A stretch of 64,000 nucleotides of DNA from the NCBI GenBank assembly GCA_044426265.1, contig JAWXUR010000003.1, positions 714 to 64,713 on the forward strand, given 5' to 3'. The notes beneath the pieces were generated by a model, which saw only the letters and a program-made list of their open reading frames with translations, had not been told where the DNA came from and ran no database searches. Of the stretch, positions 58,134 through 64,000 are shown piece by piece. Position 1 is the first letter of the stretch; every line of letters starts with the position of its first letter. Source of the stretch: Clostridia bacterium (GTDB lineage Bacteria; Bacillota; Clostridia; Oscillospirales; Acutalibacteraceae). The position numbers and the translations under genes are program-made.

Positions 58134-58273
58134 TAAAGTTCTCCTAAAGAAATATTTTTTAGTTTTATTTCTAATATTTTACCATAAAAGTCAAAAAATG
58201 TACAGTAAAACAAGCATATTGCGAAAAATAAGAAAGAAAATAAAAATTTATATACAAATTATTCACAAACCCC

Positions 58274-58302
58274 TTGACAAATGCGTTGAATTAATGTAAA
58301 CT
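58274..58302 (+). promoter_or_regulatory. Sigma-70-type promoter for the 46-codon ORF
   Basis: TTGACA, 17 nt, TGTAAACT (extended -10). Confidence 0.55.
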
Positions 58303-58346
58303 ATAAACATAAGAAAATACAAAATAATTTAGTGAGGTGAAACATT

Positions 58347-58487
58347 ATGTCATTTAGCGAAATCATTACAGAATTACAAGAAACAATCTTATTATTCGTA
58401 GATTATCTTCTTACAATTTTAGGTATTATTGAGCCTGAAGATCCTTCAGCTACAACAAGTACTGAAGACGATAATTTAACTGTTTAA
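58347..58487 (+). CDS. Small ORF (46 aa) below the ORF-track cutoff
   Basis: MSFSEIITELQETILLFVDYLLTILGIIEPEDPSATTSTEDDNLTV. RBS GTGAGGTGA lies 6 nt upstream. It has its own promoter and terminator. Confidence 0.5.
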   Translation: MSFSEIITELQETILLFVDYLLTILGIIEPEDPSATTSTEDDNLTV

Positions 58488-58507
58488 TTTATCAAAAATT
58501 AATAATT

Positions 58508-58539
58508 AAAGAATCTGCTTTATGGCAGGTTCTTTTTTT
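58508..58539 (+). terminator. Intrinsic terminator after the small ORF
   Basis: GAATCTGC-TTTATG-GCAGGTTC followed by T7. Confidence 0.7.
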
Positions 58540-58541
58540 GG

Positions 58542-58586
58542 TTTTAGTACTTTTTTTGCGGTTAACCGCAAAAAACTGTACTAAAA
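58542..58586. repeat. GTAC-flanked palindrome (member 8, nearly perfect 45-bp palindrome)
   Basis: TTTTAGTAC-TTTTTTTGCGG-TTAA-CCGCAAAAAA-CTGTACTAAAA. Confidence 0.88.
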
Positions 58587-58661
58587 AGCAGACAATTGAC
58601 CTTTTTGAAATTCAAACTTGAAACAAACTAATAAAACATGAATATATTTCATCAAATTAAC

Positions 58662-58689
58662 TTGACTTTTTAACAACATCAACTATAAT
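58662..58689 (+). promoter_or_regulatory. Sigma-70-type promoter for the ACT/UPF0210 operon
   Basis: TTGACT, 16 nt, TATAAT. Confidence 0.6.
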
Positions 58690-58747
58690 TAAATAAAGTG
58701 TATTTCAAAAACAAAATACATATATATTATTGAAACGAGGAATCAAA

Positions 58748-59017
58748 ATGAAAGCAATCGTAACAGTCTTAGGAAAAGATAGAACCGGCATCATCGCAAA
58801 CGTTTGCACTCTCTTAGCTGAAAAGCAGTGCAATATCTTAGACATCAGCCAAACAGTTATGAAAGAATGTTTCACAATGACTATGGTTATAGATCTCACA
58901 AACTCAACCGAAAGTTTCGCTCAAGTTGCTCAAGAATTAAAAGCAGCTGGCGAAAAAATTGGTCTTAACATTAGAATGCAATCTGAGGATATTTTTAACC
59001 TCATGCACAAAATTTGA
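58748..59017 (+). CDS. ACT-domain protein (UPF0237 family)
   Basis: 89 aa from ATG 58748: MKAIVTVLGKDRTGIIANVCTLLAEKQCNILDISQTVM. Confidence 0.85.
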   Translation: MKAIVTVLGKDRTGIIANVCTLLAEKQCNILDISQTVMKECFTMTMVIDLTNSTESFAQVAQELKAAGEKIGLNIRMQSEDIFNLMHKI

Positions 59018-59028
59018 GGAGGTAACTA

Positions 59029-60387
59029 ATGCATAATCAAAGCGAAATCATGAGCACCATTGACATGATTGACAATCAGCACTTAGATGTTAGAACAATC
59101 ACAATGGGAATCTCACTTCTCGATTGCGCAAGCGACAGCGTTGAAGTGACGGCTCAAAAAATATACGATAAAATTTGTGACAAGGCTAAAAACTTAGTTG
59201 CAGTTGGCGAGGCTATCGAAACAGAGTTCGGTATTCCAATCGTGAACAAGAGAATTTCTGTTACACCTATCGCCTTAGTTGCCGCAGCGTGCAAAGAAAC
59301 AGATTACACTCCAATCGCTCACGCACTCGACAGAGCAGCCGTGACTTGCGGAGTTAACTTCATTGGTGGCTTCACTGCGCTTGTACATAAAGGTTTCACC
59401 AAGGCAGATTTAAACTTAATTCATTCAATTCCAACTGCGCTCGCTCAAACTCAAAGAGTTTGCTCAAGCGTTTCAGTTGCTTCAACAAAAGCAGGCATCA
59501 ACATGGACGCAGTTGCGCTCATGGGTGAAATCGTTAAAGAAACGGCTGCTCAAACTGCTGATGCAGGCGGATTTGGCTGCGCTAAACTTGTTATTTTTGC
59601 AAACCCAGTTGAAGATAATCCGTTCATGGCTGGAGCTTTCCACGGTGTCAGCGAGGGTGAATGCGTTATCAACGTTGGTGTTAGTGGCCCTGGTGTTGTG
59701 CACCATGCGCTCAAAAAATGCAAGGGCGAACCTTTTGACGTGGTTGCAGAAACTATTAAAAAGACAGCGTTTAAAATCACACGCATGGGTCAACTCGTGG
59801 CTCGTGAAGCTTCAAAAAGACTTGACGTACCTTTTGGCATTGTTGACTTATCACTTGCGCCAACACCTGCTCAAGGTGACAGCGTAGCTCGAATTTTGGA
59901 AGAAATGGGTCTTGAAGTGTGCGGCACGCACGGTACAACAGCGGCGCTTGCAATGCTCAATGATGCTGTTAAAAAAGGCGGCGTGATGGCAACAAACCAC
60001 GTTGGCGGACTCTCAGGTGCTTTCATTCCAGTTAGTGAAGACGAGGGCATGATTGCCGCAACTCTTTGTGGCGCTCTCACACTCGACAAACTCGAAGCTA
60101 TGACTTGCGTTTGCTCAGTTGGGCTCGACATGATTGCCGTTCCAGGTGACACAAGTGCCTCAACAATTTCTGCAATTATCGCAGACGAAAGCGCAATTGG
60201 CATGGTTAACACCAAAACAACAGCTGTTAGAATTATTCCAGCAGTTGGCAAAAAAGTTGGCGAAATCATCGAATTTGGTGGTCTTCTCGGCTCAGCTCCA
60301 GTTATGCCAGTTCATGAGTTTTCTTCTTTTGATTTCATTGCTCGTGGCGGTCGTATTCCTGCACCTATGCATAGTTTGAAAAACTAA
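59029..60387 (+). CDS. UPF0210/DUF711 (PFL-like) protein
   Basis: 452 aa. [15 protein letters not shown] and the length match the family that is usually paired with the UPF0237 ACT protein. Confidence 0.85.
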   Translation: MHNQSEIMSTIDMIDNQHLDVRTITMGISLLDCASDSVEVTAQKIYDKICDKAKNLVAVGEAIETEFGIPIVNKRISVTPIALVAAACKETDYTPIAHALDRAAVTCGVNFIGGFTALVHKGFTKADLNLIHSIPTALAQTQRVCSSVSVASTKAGINMDAVALMGEIVKETAAQTADAGGFGCAKLVIFANPVEDNPFMAGAFHGVSEGECVINVGVSGPGVVHHALKKCKGEPFDVVAETIKKTAFKITRMGQLVAREASKRLDVPFGIVDLSLAPTPAQGDSVARILEEMGLEVCGTHGTTAALAMLNDAVKKGGVMATNHVGGLSGAFIPVSEDEGMIAATLCGALTLDKLEAMTCVCSVGLDMIAVPGDTSASTISAIIADESAIGMVNTKTTAVRIIPAVGKKVGEIIEFGGLLGSAPVMPVHEFSSFDFIARGGRIPAPMHSLKN

Positions 60388-60583
60388 TTGATATTCACAA
60401 CAAGAAGGAAAGTGACTTTTTCTCAACATTTTATTGCTTTATGTTGTGAATTTTTATAAATTTTAACAAATTACCCATCATAAATTGTTAAAATCTTAAA
60501 ATCAGATTAATAAATGGTTGATATAATACGCTCAGCACCAATACATAAAACACAAATTTAAAATTATTTTAAGGAGATTTAAA

Positions 60584-62167
60584 ATGAACGAAAACACAAA
60601 GAAAAACAAAACCCTACTCACTGTTTGCGCTTGCGTAATCACTGGCATTATCTGTTTTATTCTTGGCGGTTTCATCTTAGGCTCACAAGCAACAACTGAA
60701 ACAACCGATGAAGAAACAACAATTGAAGAAACAACAGTTGAGGAAACAACACAAGCAGCTGAAGAAGAAGATGCAATCGAATATGATGCTCTTTCACTCA
60801 CTGTTAACGGCTTCGATTTAGAAGTTAGTCTTGAAAATGGCACTCACACATGGTTTGACGTTGAGCAAATGAGCACTTTAATTCCAAACACAATCAGCTT
60901 AGACGAAACAATCGAGGGCTACACTGTTTACATTGACGGCAACGAAATGAGCGAAGGCGATGAAATCGAGGTTGAACTCGAATATCTCAGCCAAGCAAGC
61001 AGTATTGAAATTGAACTCGTTGACAATGAAACAGACGAAACAATTTGTTATAACATCAGAACACTTCACTCAATTTATGATGCTTACACTGAGGGTGAAG
61101 GCGAGGGAGATGGTTATTACTATTTCTCACAAAACGGCAATATCTATAAAATGGATATGAGCGGTAACATTGTATTTTATAAAGACTGCAATGGCACATC
61201 AGGTCGTGACTTCAAACAAGTTGTGACAGATGATGGCACAATTTATTACACTTATGTTGAAGCTGGTGAAAACTTCACAGACGAAAAAGCAAATGCTCAA
61301 TACACTCAATCTCAAGCAATCATCATGGATGAAAACTATGAAGTTGTTGACAAAGTTGAGTTCTTGAACACAAGCGAAGGTATGCCTGAAAATCACTCAA
61401 TCGAGGGTCACGAATTTATTATGATCGACCTCGGTCACTATTTCATTTCAGCTTATGTTACAATGGAAGTTGATAACTTCCCAACTGAAATCATGGAAGA
61501 CGGAACTGGCACAGTTGTTGCTTCTGTTTTGCAAGAAGTTAAAGATGGCGAACTCTTATTCCAATGGGTAAGCTCAGATTATGAAGAATTATATGCATAT
61601 TCAACCACTAATAGCGGTGAATTAACAAATTATGATGTTGAGGGTGGTTCAGACTATGTTCACTTCAACTCAATCGACTTTGATGAAAATGGCGATTTAA
61701 TCTGCTCATTTAGACGTCTTAGCTGCGTTATTAAAATTGACAGAGAAACAGCTGAAATCGTTTGGATTTTAGGCGGTGAAGGTGATGATTTCGGTTTAAC
61801 AGATGAACAAAAATTCTCATTCCAACATTTAGCTTATTATTCATCAGAAAACACAATCACTTTGTTTGACAATGGTCCTTTCATCTCTCAAACACGAGCA
61901 GTTGAAATCACAATTGACGAAGAAACAATGAGCGTTGTTGATTATAACGCATATGAAATTGATGGCTATTATGCACCAGCACAAGGTTCAGCAATTAGAC
62001 TTGACGATGATGAAGCAATCTTCTTAATGGGTTGGGGCACATGGTCAGGTGACGGCTGCAGATTCTCAGAAGTTAACTTTGAAACTGGCGAAGTTTATTT
62101 CGAATTATTCGATTTAGATGACGACACAGCAAACGGCACATATCGTGTTTATAAATTTGATTCTTAA
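60584..62167 (+). CDS. Membrane-anchored arylsulfotransferase (ASST)-family beta-propeller protein
   Basis: 527 aa. N-terminal TM helix, Thr/Glu-rich linker and an ASST-like pattern (YVHFNSIDFDENGDLICSFRRLSCVIKIDRETAEIVWILGG). Confidence 0.65.
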   Translation: MNENTKKNKTLLTVCACVITGIICFILGGFILGSQATTETTDEETTIEETTVEETTQAAEEEDAIEYDALSLTVNGFDLEVSLENGTHTWFDVEQMSTLIPNTISLDETIEGYTVYIDGNEMSEGDEIEVELEYLSQASSIEIELVDNETDETICYNIRTLHSIYDAYTEGEGEGDGYYYFSQNGNIYKMDMSGNIVFYKDCNGTSGRDFKQVVTDDGTIYYTYVEAGENFTDEKANAQYTQSQAIIMDENYEVVDKVEFLNTSEGMPENHSIEGHEFIMIDLGHYFISAYVTMEVDNFPTEIMEDGTGTVVASVLQEVKDGELLFQWVSSDYEELYAYSTTNSGELTNYDVEGGSDYVHFNSIDFDENGDLICSFRRLSCVIKIDRETAEIVWILGGEGDDFGLTDEQKFSFQHLAYYSSENTITLFDNGPFISQTRAVEITIDEETMSVVDYNAYEIDGYYAPAQGSAIRLDDDEAIFLMGWGTWSGDGCRFSEVNFETGEVYFELFDLDDDTANGTYRVYKFDS

Positions 62168-62197
62168 AAATAACAAAAATCAGTTATTATAAAAAAC

Positions 62198-62237
62198 ATC
62201 GCCCACTAGATAAATTTCTAGTGGGCGATAATTTTTA
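62198..62237 (+). terminator. Intrinsic terminator after the ASST-family gene
   Basis: 12-bp perfect stem ATCGCCCACTAG / CTAGTGGGCGAT followed by a T-rich tail. Confidence 0.7.
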
Positions 62238-62242
62238 TGTTT

Positions 62243-62283
62243 GGTGCGTACCTTTTTCGGCAAAGCCGAAAAATTGTACAGCC
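62243..62283. repeat. GTAC-flanked palindrome (member 9) between convergent genes
   Basis: GGTGCGTACC-TTTTTCGGC-AAA-GCCGAAAAA-TTGTACAGCC. Confidence 0.85.
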
Positions 62284-62297
62284 GAAAGAAAAGTGGT

Positions 62298-62711
62298 TTA
62301 TGCTTTTGCTTCGCAATAAAGGCAACGATAAACCTTGTTTTCACGATCAGTGAGCTCGAAAACTTGTTGCAAACTTTGCTCTGTTGTGCTGATGCAACGA
62401 GGATTTTTGCAGCTGATAACATCGCAAATCTTTTCTGGAAGTTCGAGATGCTTTTTCTGTGTGAGCTTGCCATCACGAATGATGTCAACTGTGATTCCAG
62501 TGTCGATATAGCCCAAAACATCAAAATTCAAATCGACTTTTGCATCGAGTTTGATGATGTCTTTCTTGCCCATTTTTTTGCTGTTTACGTTCGTAATTAT
62601 CGCAACTGGGCAATCGAGTGCACCAAAATCTAATAGATTATAAATAAATAAACCCTTGCCAGCTTCAATGTGGTCGATAACCACACCATCTTTAATTGAA
62701 TCAATATGCAT
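62298..62711 (-). CDS. pyrI: Aspartate carbamoyltransferase regulatory chain
   Basis: 137 aa. IKDGVVIDHI and the C-terminal Zn cluster (CKNPRCIS...YRCLYC). Confidence 0.92.
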   Translation of the reverse strand: MHIDSIKDGVVIDHIEAGKGLFIYNLLDFGALDCPVAIITNVNSKKMGKKDIIKLDAKVDLNFDVLGYIDTGITVDIIRDGKLTQKKHLELPEKICDVISCKNPRCISTTEQSLQQVFELTDRENKVYRCLYCEAKA

Positions 62712-62723
62712 GATTTTTCCCCC

Positions 62724-63653
62724 TTACACTTCAATTTCGAGCAATTTAAGAATGAGCGCCATGCGAATGTATTTTGCAAAAAGAACTTGATCAAAATAAT
62801 TCGCTCTTGGGTCGCTGTCAACGTCAACTGCGATTTCATTTACTCTTGGAAGTGGGTGCAAGATGCACAAATCAGATTTTGCGTGTTTGAGCTTTTCGAG
62901 GTCTAAGATATAGCTATCACGAAGTCTGAGATATTCTTCTTCGCTGAAAAAGCGCTCTTTTTGAACTCTTGTCATATAAAGAATATCCATCTGTGGAAGT
63001 GCTTTTTCAAGGTCGGTCACTTCGCAGTATTCGATATTATTATTTTCGATAATTTCTTTTTTGATGTAGCTTGGTACAACTAATTCTTTAGGTGAAACCA
63101 AAATCATTTTAACATTTGTTTGGCGTGAAAGTGCTGTGATGAGAGAGTGAACTGTTCTGCCGAATTTCAAGTCACCACAAAAACCGATTGTAAAATTATC
63201 AAGTCTGCCCTTTTTCATTTTGATTGTGAGCAGGTCGGCTAGAGTTTGGGTTGGGTGGTTGTGTCCGCCGTCACCAGCGTTGATAACTGGAATGTCAACA
63301 TTCATGCTTGCCACGAGAGGTGCACCCTCTTTTGGGTGACGCATTGCAATGATATCAGCATAACAGCTAACAGTTTTAGCTGTATCAGCCACACTTTCTC
63401 CCTTGCTTGCGGAGCTACTTTGAGCCTCAGAAAATCCGAGTACGTTGCCGCCAAGCTCAAACATTGCAGCTTCAAAGCTTAATCTTGTGCGAGTTGATGG
63501 CTCGAAAAATAGGGTTGCTAATTTTTTATATTTGCAAACTTCTCTATATTTAACAGGGTTTGCGATAATATCTTGAGCGACTTCAATCAAGCTGTCGATT
63601 TCTTCTTGACTTAAGTCTAAGATGTCAATTAAGCTTCTCATAACTTTAACCAT
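62724..63653 (-). CDS. pyrB: Aspartate carbamoyltransferase catalytic chain
   Basis: [17 protein letters not shown] and HPLPR motifs. The start could instead be ATG 63641. Confidence 0.92.
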   Translation of the reverse strand: MVKVMRSLIDILDLSQEEIDSLIEVAQDIIANPVKYREVCKYKKLATLFFEPSTRTRLSFEAAMFELGGNVLGFSEAQSSSASKGESVADTAKTVSCYADIIAMRHPKEGAPLVASMNVDIPVINAGDGGHNHPTQTLADLLTIKMKKGRLDNFTIGFCGDLKFGRTVHSLITALSRQTNVKMILVSPKELVVPSYIKKEIIENNNIEYCEVTDLEKALPQMDILYMTRVQKERFFSEEEYLRLRDSYILDLEKLKHAKSDLCILHPLPRVNEIAVDVDSDPRANYFDQVLFAKYIRMALILKLLEIEV

Positions 63654-63725
63654 GCATTTTTCGTCGATACACTCTAAAAAGCAGTTTATCGCCGAGAAAT
63701 TACCTTTCTATGATTTGTAAAACAA

Positions 63726-64000
63726 TTAAGCGCCAATCCAGCTTTCGTCAGCTGGGTTGTTTCTAAATGCAACAAGGCGAGCTTTATCTTCAGCTTTGAT
63801 GTAACCTTCAGCAGCAGCAACTTCAACAGTTGTGTCAAAATCTGTGAGGCTGTAATTTAAGATGTCAGCAGCAGCAAGTCTATCAAGACCTTTTTGCATA
63901 CCATAAGTGTAAATGCTAACAACGCCGAGAACTTCAGCGCCATATTCACGAAGAACGTCAACAACTTCGATAACACTGCCGCCAGTTGAAATGAGGTCTT
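63726..64000 (-). CDS. pyrE: Orotate phosphoribosyltransferase, C-terminal part (N-terminus off the window)
   Basis: Not in the ORF track. My translation reads ...DLISTGGSVIEVVDVLREYGAEVLGVVSIYTYGMQKG...NNPADESWIGA, with the stop at 63726..63728. DLISTGGS is the PRPP-binding loop. Confidence 0.82.
   Translation of the reverse strand, partial: DLISTGGSVIEVVDVLREYGAEVLGVVSIYTYGMQKGLDRLAAADILNYSLTDFDTTVEVAAAEGYIKAEDKARLVAFRNNPADESWIGA

Noticed and set aside
63654-63725. PyrR-binding attenuator upstream of pyrB
   Set aside because: There is no recognisable PyrR binding loop and no terminator/antiterminator pair in the 72-nt pyrE-pyrB spacer.

Overview
This is a low-GC, Firmicutes/Clostridia-like chromosomal segment. 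The taxonomic call rests on gene content, AGGAGG-type ribosome-binding sites and a T-box leader. I assigned functions by reading motifs, with no database search. About 55 protein genes are mostly housekeeping: relA, recJ, recQ, ligA, ispF, holA, alaS, trxA, hpf, serC and pyrE-pyrB-pyrI. There is also a ribitol-phosphate teichoic-acid/glycopolymer locus (LicD fusion, tarI, tarJ, an embedded tRNA-Leu(CAA), a TagF-like polymerase and two pyruvyltransferase-like paralogs). A GH36 alpha-galactosidase operon, an OmpR/histidine-kinase pair and several small uncharacterised gene pairs complete the coding content. Two things stand out. (1) At least 16 intergenic loci, roughly 4 kb in total, hold one interrelated family of mosaic, hairpin-dense repeats. 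These include REPIN-like inverted doublets whose arms begin with GTAG, MITE-like 31-bp terminal inverted repeats, and a ~200-bp chain of hairpins in three full and three partial copies with compensatory stem changes. One chain copy carries a nested 158-bp GTAG...CTAC insertion. There is also an identical 48-nt core carried on two different stems, a 95-nt outer-stem-plus-three-hairpin structure, and about ten GTAC-flanked T-run/A-run palindromes. One chain copy lies inside the alaS leader, between the T-box and the start codon. The window contains no transposase, integrase or CRISPR array. (2) A two-gene secreted cassette is tandemly duplicated, and each copy has its own promoter. It encodes a GH28-like beta-helix protein plus a 148-aa Cys-containing partner with no family I recognise. 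A 46-codon ORF with RBS, promoter and terminator, below the ORF-track cutoff, is also reported.
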